Assembly (NCBI GenBank): GCA_021836035.1
Contig: JAKBJL010000001.1
Span: 287,765-351,764, forward strand
Length of the DNA: 64,000 nucleotides
Source of the DNA: a bacterium
Lineage (GTDB): Bacteria > Patescibacteriota > Microgenomatia > JAMCZE01
Direction: 5' to 3'
The translations under genes were made by a program, and so were the position numbers. This document shows, one piece after another, positions 48,140 through 56,686 of this stretch. Within the stretch, counting starts at the first letter, position 1; every line of letters starts with the position of its first letter. The notes under the pieces are model-generated. The model searched no databases. It saw only the letters and a list, made by a program, of their open reading frames with translations, and was not told where the DNA came from.

Positions 48140-49258
48140 TTAGTTTTCTTTCCGGTTCTTGAGGAGCAGGAAGGGCTTTTCCAGTAGGCGGGAGGAGAGG
48201 AAAGCCAGTAAAATAGTCAGCGGCAAACCTAAAATTACTAACAAATAATTGTTCTTTCCCCCGGCGAAATAGAAGACGGTTTCCAAAGCAAGGACGTGCC
48301 AGATATACAGGCCATAACCGATTTTTCCCAGGGAGACAAATAAATTATTCCGGATAAATTTAAAGACCAGGGAAGAAGGTTTAACTCCGCCGATTAAAAA
48401 GAAGGTTGCTGACAAGCCGATAAGGGGATAGCTCCAGATGTTTTGCCGGCTGCCCAAATTATCATGAGCTGTCTGGGAATACAGATAAATAACGAGCAAT
48501 GCCAGAACGGTTAATTGCCAAAACGAAGAAAACGGCCCCCGGATTTTATCCAATATGGCCGGCTTGAAGAAAAGAACCTGGGCTACCAGCGATCCGAGGG
48601 TAAAAGTATCCAGCCAGTTGAAAGTATTGGCGTAAATTTGCGGGTGCACTGCTCCCAATTTGAGAAATATCGCCCTGCTGGCAAGCGAAAAGATAATTAA
48701 TCCCAGGCTGATAAATAATGAGTGACGGAAATTTTTCATTTGCCCGACAATAAAGGGCCAGATTAAATAAAGCTGCTGGTAAATGCAGATTATCCAGAGT
48801 TCTGATACCGCCCGGGAATATTCCCAACCGCGGATGACGATGCCCCAATTTCCTAAGAAAAGAAGAAACCAGGGCAGATGGAATTTCAGGGAGGGAAAAA
48901 AATCGGACGGTAGGACCCGAAAGTAATTCCAGAGAAGATAGAAGAGGCCGTAACCGGCAATGAGGCCGGTAAAATACAGCGGCCAAATACGCAGCGCTCT
49001 TCCCGTGAGAAATCTTTTAACATTGATTCGGCCGTTATTATCTTGCTTTTGTAAAAGCAAAAGGGTGGTCAAAAATCCGCTTAAGGCAAAGAAGAAACTA
49101 ACCCCGATCCAGCCGTTACTGTGAAGAAAAGACAGGATCAAATTTTCGGAGCGGTCGCTTGGCAGATAAAATGTAATATGCTGGAAAAAGATAAAAAGGA
49201 ATGCAAAAAAACGCAAACCATCCAGGGCGGGGAAATAGGGTTTCGCCGCGGATTTCAT
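48140..49258 (-). CDS. acyltransferase family 3 (OafA/YrhL-like) membrane acyltransferase
   Basis: N-terminus MKSAAKPYFPALDGLRFFAFLFIFFQH matches the LDGLRG.A...V...H signature. 10 TMs. ATG overlaps the dgkA stop (TAATATG). Confidence 0.75.
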   Translation of the reverse strand: MKSAAKPYFPALDGLRFFAFLFIFFQHITFYLPSDRSENLILSFLHSNGWIGVSFFFALSGFLTTLLLLQKQDNNGRINVKRFLTGRALRIWPLYFTGLIAGYGLFYLLWNYFRVLPSDFFPSLKFHLPWFLLFLGNWGIVIRGWEYSRAVSELWIICIYQQLYLIWPFIVGQMKNFRHSLFISLGLIIFSLASRAIFLKLGAVHPQIYANTFNWLDTFTLGSLVAQVLFFKPAILDKIRGPFSSFWQLTVLALLVIYLYSQTAHDNLGSRQNIWSYPLIGLSATFFLIGGVKPSSLVFKFIRNNLFVSLGKIGYGLYIWHVLALETVFYFAGGKNNYLLVILGLPLTILLAFLSSRLLEKPFLLLKNRKEN

Positions 49259-49259
49259 A

Positions 49260-49622
49260 TTAACCGAGGAATTTGGGGAGGAAGAGAAAAATCCCGATAA
49301 AGACCGAGGCAATAGCGGCGACTAAAACCGCGGCAGCGGAAACGTCTTTGGCAATTCTTGCCCGCTCTTGAATTTCCGGACTTACCATATTCACAATTTC
49401 CTCGATCGCGGTATTTATTAATTCCAAAATAAGGACGCAGGCGATAATCAAAGTTAAGACCAACCATTCGAACACGGAAATTTGGAAAATAACGGCTAAA
49501 AGGATGGCGATAGCCCCCAGGATAATCTGGATACGAAAGTTGCGGCCTTTAACGGCCGCGGTTTTTAAACCGTTGAGAGCAAAGAAAAAACTTTTAGCCA
49601 AAGAATGCTTTGCTTCCATCAA
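49260..49622 (-). CDS. dgkA: diacylglycerol kinase / undecaprenol kinase (DgkA family)
   Basis: 120 aa, 3 TMs. NGLKTAAVKGRNFRIQIILGAIAI...ELINTAIEEIVNMVSPEIQERARIAKDVSAAAVL matches the DAGK_prokar motifs (E-x-x-NTAIE, D-x-x-A-A-A-V). Confidence 0.8.
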   Translation of the reverse strand: MMEAKHSLAKSFFFALNGLKTAAVKGRNFRIQIILGAIAILLAVIFQISVFEWLVLTLIIACVLILELINTAIEEIVNMVSPEIQERARIAKDVSAAAVLVAAIASVFIGIFLFLPKFLG

Positions 49623-49641
49623 GATATGTTAACATAAAGAG

Positions 49642-50121
49642 ATGGAAGGTATTACCATCGAGTTTGTCTCTACCTTTTTGATTTGGATTCTCTATGGTTG
49701 TCTGCTTTTTTTATGGTTTATTGACGGCCGGGTTAGGAAGGAACAGGTAATCCACGCCCTGGCTGCCGGGCTAATTGCCGCGGGGATTTCCCTCCTCATT
49801 AAGCATTTATATCCCACTTTCCGCCCCTTTGTAGTTAACGGCGGGGAGACCAGCGTCCTGATCCGCCCTACCGACGGGGCTTTTCCCTCGATTCATGCCG
49901 CCCTGTCTTTTAGTTTAGCGGTTACCATTTTTATGCATGACCGTAAAGCGGGTTGGGGATTTTTATTAGGGGCGCTTTTTATCGGTATAGCCCGGGTTAT
50001 GGCTAATGTCCATTATCCCCAGGATATCCTCGGCGGGGCTTTTATCGGTACCCTTGTGGCGGTTATTATAGAACACAACCATATGTTCAGTCTCCTGCGC
50101 CGGGATAAACAAATAATCTAA
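49642..50121 (+). CDS. PAP2-family phosphatase (undecaprenyl-diphosphatase-like)
   Basis: PAP2 motifs KHLYPTFRP (KxxxxxxRP), FPSIHA (PSGH) and ARVMANVHYPQD (SRxxxxxHxxxD). Confidence 0.75.
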   Translation: MEGITIEFVSTFLIWILYGCLLFLWFIDGRVRKEQVIHALAAGLIAAGISLLIKHLYPTFRPFVVNGGETSVLIRPTDGAFPSIHAALSFSLAVTIFMHDRKAGWGFLLGALFIGIARVMANVHYPQDILGGAFIGTLVAVIIEHNHMFSLLRRDKQII

Positions 50122-50590
50122 ATTTTATTCTTCTCCGCTATAGCCATAAACGAAACTCCGCTAAGATGGGGCGAAGTCGAAGGGCTGCGGGCCAACGATT
50201 CTCACTGCAGCCTCAACGTCCAGAACTCTATGCATCTTCATATAATTAGAACCCCAGCCTCGACACTCAGAAGTTTGAAAGGAGTTTTTAATCTCCTGGA
50301 TCCCATAGCTAAGGTTTCACCATTCCGTATTCACTAGGGAAATAAAATATTCGGACCGGAGCCTTGAATTCTGGCTTTCGAGGGTGTTTTGACGGTTCGA
50401 ATCTTTCGAAAGAAAAACGGTGGTTTAGCAAGATCTTTCGGCCTTTTTTAGAGAGTACGGTGGAAGGGCGCACGTGCTTGCTGCCCCTCTTGAACTTATT
50501 CAGCAACAGGAAACTTGAGATAGATGCCGATATAAGTTCAATAAGGTTGGTATATTCTTTCCTTCAATTGGAAACAGGAATTATGGTTAA

Positions 50591-51805
50591 TTAAACAATT
50601 TTTTCCAAAACCAACAAACTTTGTCCTTTATAGCGTTTCCTGTCCTTAATTATAACCGTTTTGTTTCCCTTCAAATTTTCCTCAAGCCTTGTTATTGGGG
50701 TTGAACTTGCGGCAAACAAGGCAACACCATTTTTTTCGAGGTTGTTTATGGTCTGTTCGGCTAACGCTAAAATTGCTTTTCTTCCTTCGTCTTCCCTTAA
50801 TGTGGCAACGACCATTCCGCTTTCCTTCATATTTTCGAGTATGCCGACACAGTGACACAGCTTGGTGTTTGATGAAGAAAATCCATTATGAGCCAAATTC
50901 AAGGCAGTGTAACGAAGTGTCAATAAATCCCTATCTGCAACGACCACACTTTTAGGGTTAAAAAGTTTTACTGAAAGCACGGGAATGTGCCCTTGCCCCG
51001 AATTAACAAACAAAAGGTTGGATAAGTGTTTTTGTCGAATTGAATATAGATAGCCAAATACAAGTTCGGTTTGGTAATCGAGGGTATCAAATTCTGAAAT
51101 TGTATGGGCCGTTTTTAACCGATACTTTATTCCTTTATAGGAAAAATCAGTTTCTTTTCTTTCATACGCACCAAGTTCTATTCCTGTTTTGTTACGATTC
51201 AGCTCGACAGATTGTTTTTTGAACGAGTAGTGAAAAACGCAGCAATTGGGTGTCATTTTTTCAAAAAGAATAGTTATATTAGGGTCGTTTTCAAGAATGG
51301 GTCTGACGGTCGATTCAAGCGGGGCGACGACAACAACCGTAACTATTCCGCTTGGCTTCAACAAAAAGACTGCATTTTTGAGGAAATAGGAAATAGCTTT
51401 CTCACCTGCTTTTGCAGGAATGTTAGAGATGATTAGGTCGAAATCCTTATCCTTAATATCATCAAATCCTAGACTACCGTATATTTGCAGGTCGCTAAAT
51501 CCATTCAAGAGAGCGTTTTGTTTGCTGTATTCAATTGCCAAAGCATCTCGGTCAACCATTTGGATTTTCCTTCTGTCATCTTCAGCTTTCAGTGCGACAC
51601 CTATGGTTCCGTAACCACAACCCAAATCGAGAACATTGTTTATTTTCTTATCAGGTAGGTTTGAAAGGGTGCGAAGCAGAAGTTTTGTGCCAGCGTCAAT
51701 GTCAAAACTACTGAAAAGGTCTTGAGAAACCCGAAAGGATAAAATCTTGCCAGCAAAATAGAGTTCAACTGTCTTTTTATAAAATACATCTTCAGGAGGG
51801 TTCAT
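50591..51805 (-). CDS. tandem-domain class I SAM-dependent methyltransferase, RsmC/RlmG-like, with non-canonical motif IV (NIPA)
   Basis: N-domain FSSFDIDAGTKLLLRTL...VLDLGCGYGTIGVALKA...FDLIISNIPAK parallels the RsmC catalytic domain (DVGSQLLL...VLDVGCGAG...FDMIISNPPFH). The second domain is degenerate. The gene is about 35-38% GC. Confidence 0.65.
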   Translation of the reverse strand: MNPPEDVFYKKTVELYFAGKILSFRVSQDLFSSFDIDAGTKLLLRTLSNLPDKKINNVLDLGCGYGTIGVALKAEDDRRKIQMVDRDALAIEYSKQNALLNGFSDLQIYGSLGFDDIKDKDFDLIISNIPAKAGEKAISYFLKNAVFLLKPSGIVTVVVVAPLESTVRPILENDPNITILFEKMTPNCCVFHYSFKKQSVELNRNKTGIELGAYERKETDFSYKGIKYRLKTAHTISEFDTLDYQTELVFGYLYSIRQKHLSNLLFVNSGQGHIPVLSVKLFNPKSVVVADRDLLTLRYTALNLAHNGFSSSNTKLCHCVGILENMKESGMVVATLREDEGRKAILALAEQTINNLEKNGVALFAASSTPITRLEENLKGNKTVIIKDRKRYKGQSLLVLEKIV

Positions 51806-51915
51806 TGAGACTAATTATAAGGCTCTGTTTGCAAATTATCTAACCCCGACAATCTTCTTTATGTTGCGAGACTATGCTGATTAAATGCATATATCTATCG
51901 AAGAAGTAATGAAAT

Positions 51916-52747
51916 ATGACCTACGAAGACAAGTTAAAATTGGTAATTGAGGAACTGCTTGAGGGCAGGAAGGCTTCTATAGATGGTAATTCTGCCAAAA
52001 TATACTCAAAATCAACGCTTGTTTCAAAGATACCACTTCCAGAGATTAAAGACATTTTAAAAGGTTTGGAAGCGAGGGAAAAAGTTCTGACTGTTTGGGC
52101 AACACCCACAGCTCTTGATGCTGGAGCGGTTTTCATTCCTGCTGTCATTAAAGAGTACTTCGGAGTTGCTTTTAACGACAATTTTGATGCTTGGTATGCT
52201 AAGTTTCTTATTTCCCAGAAGAGTAAATTAGGCAATTTATCCCGCAGTAACTTTACTGGTGTTTATAGTTTGTTGCACCAAATCAACCAGAACTTTGAGT
52301 TGGCGTCAAGCGAAAAATTGGTTTTGCAATTCATTGAAAATCACTACCAGATTGACGGAATGGAACACGCCGACTTGGTCGAGTTACAGGAGGATTACTG
52401 AGAGCTACTATAACCAAAAGCGGGAAGAGTATCGAGGCAAACAAAAGGAAATTAACGAAAAAATCAACAAACTTCACTACGCTGATGAGGAATACTACAT
52501 TACGGCAAACTACCTATTACAACTTGCTAAACGCTCTTATGAGCTTTTCTTGAGTTCTGAACCGATAGAAAAACGACAACTTTTGAAGTTGACACTTCAG
52601 AACTTACGACTGGAAGGCGATTTAGTGCGCTATGACTTGATAAAACCCTTCGACAAAATCTATTTGCACGCCTCTCGTCAAGAGTGGCTGCCCAGCTTGG
52701 ATTCGGACCAAGATACCGAGGTTCAGAGCCTCGTGTCCTACCGTTAG
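51916..52747 (+). pseudogene. hypothetical gene split by a +1 frameshift (ORFs 51916..52401 and 52259..52747 overlap in different frames)
   Basis: The two ORFs overlap by about 140 nt. The C-terminal part is a coiled coil with a ...LRLEGDLVRYDL motif. No catalytic motif. Low GC. Confidence 0.4.
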
Positions 52748-52799
52748 ACGACCGGGCAATAGGTATATTTTACCAGATGTGAAACCTGAATGGAGAAAA

Positions 52800-53351
52800 T
52801 TAGTTTTCCGGGGGGAGGTATTCTTCGCCGCCGCCGTCTTCTGTACCGTCCGGAGCACTATTTACGACATCTCCGGGCTTAAGCCAATGTACATAAGTGC
52901 AGCCGGTAGGCTTGTGCGCTTCCCGGTCCCAGCCGGCAGCAGAGCATTTTTTCATCCGTTTACCGGCGTTGGTGGTATATAAAACCAGAGGTTTGCCGCA
53001 TTCCGGACACTCCTCATCCAGCGGTTCCGTTGTCCCATTAATCCATTCGACGTAATCGCAGCCGGTGGCCTGCCTGGTGGCCTTATCCCAGCCGCCGTGC
53101 GAACACTTTTTCATTTTCTTCCCGAAACGGGTAACGACCAAAAGCAGCGGCGCTCCGCACTTGGGGCACTTCTCAGGGAGTTCTTTGGGTTCTACCGGCA
53201 GCCACATTACATAATCGCAACCCTCATTTTTCTTTGTTTGGGGGTTCCAGGAGCCCTGCGAACAATGCCGGAGCCTTTTACCGCCTGCGGTTTCGATAAT
53301 TTCACCCAGGGGGCTGCCGCATTTCGGACAGATATTATTTTCTTCAGCCAC
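52800..53351 (-). CDS. YrdD-like protein of four tandem topoisomerase-I-type C4 zinc ribbons
   Basis: Four repeats of CP-x-CG-x-PL...G-x-R/K...C-S...GW...C-x-YV-x-W (e.g. CPKCGSPLGEIIETAGGKRLRHCSQGSWNPQTKKNEGCDYVMW). Confidence 0.75.
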   Translation of the reverse strand: MAEENNICPKCGSPLGEIIETAGGKRLRHCSQGSWNPQTKKNEGCDYVMWLPVEPKELPEKCPKCGAPLLLVVTRFGKKMKKCSHGGWDKATRQATGCDYVEWINGTTEPLDEECPECGKPLVLYTTNAGKRMKKCSAAGWDREAHKPTGCTYVHWLKPGDVVNSAPDGTEDGGGEEYLPPEN

Positions 53352-53437
53352 ATGTTTAAGAGTAACATCCCCCTAACGGTAACGTCAATAACGGGCAGAG
53401 TACGGCGAACTTGCTTCCTGCTGTATAATTTCTGTCT

Positions 53438-53914
53438 ATGGCTTTAGAGAAAGAAAATCCGGTAAACTTACGGAGTAACCGGCGTTATGCTGAGGCCCTG
53501 GCTGATCTTATCGGCAGCCTCTCCCGTGAGGAAATAGAGGTGGCGGTTTTCCCCGGTGACTCGGCGATTAAATTGGCGGAGGAGGTTATAGGCCGGGTAA
53601 CGCTTCAGGATATTTATTTACCGCGGTTTGTGAAAATACCTCACCTGGTAAACCGGAGAATGTATAACGGTCCGCTGGAAAAAAGAGTACAAATAATCCG
53701 GGATCTGGTGCCGGAACGGGAAGGTGTGGCTGTCGTAGATGACATTTCGGCTTATGGCGGGAAAATCCGGGGGTTACGGGAAAGTTTTATTGCCGCAGGG
53801 ATCCCGATAAGGTTTATTATTTTAGCTTCACAGTATCAGATTGATATTCCCGATGTAACCGTGATCCGCCCCTCCGATTCTTATTTAGTTCACTATTTGC
53901 GCTTTCGTTACTAA
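53438..53914 (+). CDS. phosphoribosyltransferase (type I PRT fold)-like protein
   Basis: GVAVVDDISAYGGKIRGL resembles the PRPP-binding loop (hydrophobic x4-DD-xx-TGG). Weak overall. Confidence 0.35.
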   Translation: MALEKENPVNLRSNRRYAEALADLIGSLSREEIEVAVFPGDSAIKLAEEVIGRVTLQDIYLPRFVKIPHLVNRRMYNGPLEKRVQIIRDLVPEREGVAVVDDISAYGGKIRGLRESFIAAGIPIRFIILASQYQIDIPDVTVIRPSDSYLVHYLRFRY

Positions 53915-53980
53915 CCGGCTCACTTTTCTGTTTTTTAAAGTTATTGCTTTTTAACTGCTGGTTAGTTATATAATGAAATT

Positions 53981-54172
53981 GTGACCTCGTCTACGACGCT
54001 AGATATCCTGATTTTTCTGGCTGTTGCTTGGGATATGGCCTGGAAAGGAATCGGCCTTTGGCATGCTGCCCGTAACAGACAGACCAAGTGGTTCGTAGCG
54101 ATTCTGGTAATCAATACTTTAGGTATTCTCCCGATTATTTACCTCAAATTTTTTCAGCGCCACTCAGATTAA
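53981..54172 (+). CDS. small 2-TM membrane protein
   Basis: 63 aa with two hydrophobic helices. GTG start. Confidence 0.35.
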   Translation: MTSSTTLDILIFLAVAWDMAWKGIGLWHAARNRQTKWFVAILVINTLGILPIIYLKFFQRHSD

Positions 54173-54750
54173 CTTTCCAAATATTGCCGGGCATAAACGT
54201 ATCCCCAAAGAATTGCCAATCCCAGAAGGACCGTTGCCGTTTTGGTTAAGAATTTTCTGTTAGCCAGGCAGACGGCTTGCCAGGTTAAGCATAAGAGCAG
54301 CATTTCATAAAGAGTATCCGCTGCTTCTTTAGCCGGTGTGGACATAGCAATATCCTGTTCAATCAGTTCATAAGCCTTCTGGCCGATAAGCGCTTTTTCC
54401 GCCAGGGTTTTAGACGGTGGGGTTAGCGATCCTTTTTCTAAAATCCGGGCTTCGGCGGTATAAATTGCCGTACCGCTGTAAGCGGCGAGCAGAAAGATCT
54501 CCGTCAGGGGAGAAAGAATATTATTTCCCCAACGCGGACGGGGCTGATAGCAAAAGCAGCTAAAGGTAGCGGCTAAAACCCGGCAGGGGGCATAATAAAT
54601 CCGGGATTTAAGGGGCGGTAAAGGAAAATCACCGCTTGCTGCTGCCGGAGGAAAAGCGATACTTTGCCTAACACTATCAACTAATTTCCCCGCCAGAGGA
54701 TCGCGGTAGGACGGATTAAAAGTATTTAGGCTGGCGGCGGATATAACCAT
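54169..54750 (-). CDS. hypothetical protein
   Basis: 193-codon ORF and the only long frame in this segment. No motif. Confidence 0.3.
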   Translation of the reverse strand: MVISAASLNTFNPSYRDPLAGKLVDSVRQSIAFPPAAASGDFPLPPLKSRIYYAPCRVLAATFSCFCYQPRPRWGNNILSPLTEIFLLAAYSGTAIYTAEARILEKGSLTPPSKTLAEKALIGQKAYELIEQDIAMSTPAKEAADTLYEMLLLCLTWQAVCLANRKFLTKTATVLLGLAILWGYVYARQYLES

Positions 54751-54849
54751 AAACTATCTTAATGGGAGAGTATAAGAGGCCGGTAAGAATCACAATAAAA
54801 ACAGGTAAAGGGTATTAAGCTTTAAAAGAAGCGCGCTATGGAGCGGGAG

Positions 54850-55188
54850 TTATCCCGGAGGGGCCAGGTCATTTTCTGTTTCTACATGGTCATCCCGGAT
54901 AGCCAGGAAGCCGGGGCGAGAGTAAGATATAGCCTTTCTTAAATTGGCAGGCGGTAATTTTGGTTCGGAGACCCGTCGCACTTTTTGGGCTAAAAAATTC
55001 AGGGCATCAGTAAGGTCGCGAAGTTTGCGGTTGGATTTTAAGCGGGTATAGACGCGGCTGGATAAGTTGGCCAGACGAAAATTAACAGGAACCAGCGGAT
55101 TCGCAGACAGCGGAGAAGCAAAACTGAAGATTAAAGCTCCGGTAATGGTCGGGAACACTGCGACGGTTCTGATTATTTTCCGGTGCAT
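54850..55188 (-). CDS. hypothetical protein with N-terminal hydrophobic segment
   Basis: 112 aa. N-terminus TVAVFPTITGALIFSFASPLSA is signal/TM-like. Confidence 0.35.
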   Translation of the reverse strand: MHRKIIRTVAVFPTITGALIFSFASPLSANPLVPVNFRLANLSSRVYTRLKSNRKLRDLTDALNFLAQKVRRVSEPKLPPANLRKAISYSRPGFLAIRDDHVETENDLAPPG

Positions 55189-55362
55189 GGACAGCTGACG
55201 CTCCTTTCTTGCTTATAGATTAATATGAAATATTGATCATTATCTATCCTTTAAGTCAGTATATCACCGGTGTCAACCCCGTCTAGGCCAAGTATTCGGT
55301 TGTACTTTCTATGCGAAAACGTCCCATGCTTGGTTTTTGACGGGGCAGGGGGATCAGGGGAT

Positions 55363-55695
55363 TTATTCTTTCTTTGCCCGGCGGATTTCAGCAAGAATTT
55401 CTTTTTTTACTTTGGCAGCCTCCGCACGGATTTTTTCTTCGATATCTTCCTCGATCTCTTTTTTTAGGTAATCCAAGAGCTTTCGGTCGTAAGGGGTTTT
55501 ATGAAAAGCGGTTAAAAATTTTTCATGTTTTTCCTCCGGCAGATGGGTGAGAATAGTTTCCAAGACATGGTGGTGCAGAGCTTCGTCTGCGAGGCGCAGC
55601 AATTCCTCTTTCTCGTCGGCACTCAGGGAATATTGTTCCAATTCGGTGCTGATTTCCTCGATCAGAATCAGATGATCATAAAATATTTTTGCCAT
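55363..55695 (-). CDS. hypothetical charged helical protein
   Basis: 110 aa, rich in E/K heptads (EEDIEEKIRAEAAKVKKEILAEIRRAKKE). Confidence 0.4.
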   Translation of the reverse strand: MAKIFYDHLILIEEISTELEQYSLSADEKEELLRLADEALHHHVLETILTHLPEEKHEKFLTAFHKTPYDRKLLDYLKKEIEEDIEEKIRAEAAKVKKEILAEIRRAKKE

Positions 55696-55716
55696 GGTAA
55701 TTTAGCCTCTCCCTTT

Positions 55717-56655
55717 CTAAGTTTTATATGCCAATGCCGGATTGCCCGTAACTACATTATATTCTACCGGGCCTAAAGGAACTTTGTGATCCGGGTCGTC
55801 CAGAAAAAAGAGCACTACCGGATGGTTTTGCTGTCCGTAGTTAATTCCCAGGTAAGCCATGACTTCCGGTGAGCCGCCGAAGTGCTTTCCCGTCCAGATT
55901 GCCGGACCGGCGTCCGCGACGGCAGCGACAACCACTTTGCCGTTAGCGGGGTTGACAACGACTACCCGGCGATATTTATACCAGGCGGCCAATTGGGCGG
56001 TATCCGTTAGCCAATTGGGCAGATATAAAGTTTGGACCGCGACATAATAGCGTTCTGTATTTTCCAATTCCGGGGTAAGTTGGCTTGGGGAATAAGCAAA
56101 ATAGCCCCAACCGCCCAAACCCGGGGTGATGCCCTTGTCGATATATGCTTCGTGTTGATAAACCGTATCCCCGGGATAGCGGGGTAAATGCTGTTCGGCG
56201 CCCATCCGGCCGTAATCATTATTGAGGCGATGCCCCTCCAATTCCGCTTTGGCATTCAGTCCGAGAAGGTTATTTAACTTTTTACTTATTTCGTTTTCCT
56301 GGTCAGGGGTTAATTGCCAATGATCGGCCGGAGGAAGGATTGCCTGAAGGGCTAGCGCCAGGTCGTGTTCTAAAAAAACCGGAGTTGCCACCGAGACGGC
56401 ATAGGCGGTGGGCTGAACACCGGTCGGGGCGGAGGGGGCAGAGGTATGAGCCGAAATCAGCAAACTGCTGGCCAGCGCTCCGGAGGTGAGCAGTTTTGCG
56501 GCATGCTGGCGGATTTCTCCCGGCCGCAAGCCCACTTTCCGGAAAAATTTTGCCGCGGTAGCGTGTGAAGCAAGAAGCTTTCTTTCAGCGGCGAAATTTT
56601 TCAATTTCAGCCGGGATCTTAAGAGCTCGACATTAAGTTGCGGTTTAGGATTCAT
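55717..56655 (-). CDS. hypothetical secreted protein with C-terminal RlpA-like/DPBB-like segment
   Basis: Start moved to M34 (56655) to avoid a 68-nt overlap with the gltX 3' end. Hydrophobic LLTSGALASSLLISA near the N-terminus. The C-terminus RVVVVNPANGKVVVAAVADAGPAIWTGKHFGGSPEVMAYLGI resembles the double-psi beta-barrel of RlpA/3D-domain proteins. Confidence 0.4.
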   Translation of the reverse strand: MNPKPQLNVELLRSRLKLKNFAAERKLLASHATAAKFFRKVGLRPGEIRQHAAKLLTSGALASSLLISAHTSAPSAPTGVQPTAYAVSVATPVFLEHDLALALQAILPPADHWQLTPDQENEISKKLNNLLGLNAKAELEGHRLNNDYGRMGAEQHLPRYPGDTVYQHEAYIDKGITPGLGGWGYFAYSPSQLTPELENTERYYVAVQTLYLPNWLTDTAQLAAWYKYRRVVVVNPANGKVVVAAVADAGPAIWTGKHFGGSPEVMAYLGINYGQQNHPVVLFFLDDPDHKVPLGPVEYNVVTGNPALAYKT

Positions 56656-56686
56656 GGCAGAAATTAGATCAGCAAATAGCTTAAAG

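Noticed and set aside
50160-50500. Possible tmRNA: GGGGCGAAGTCGAAGGG 5' segment and a GGTTCGAATC T-loop-like motif
   Set aside because: No tRNA-like acceptor/T-arm pairing at the 3' side. No plausible tag reading frame ending in hydrophobic residues. The TTCGA motifs are not flanked by complementary stems.
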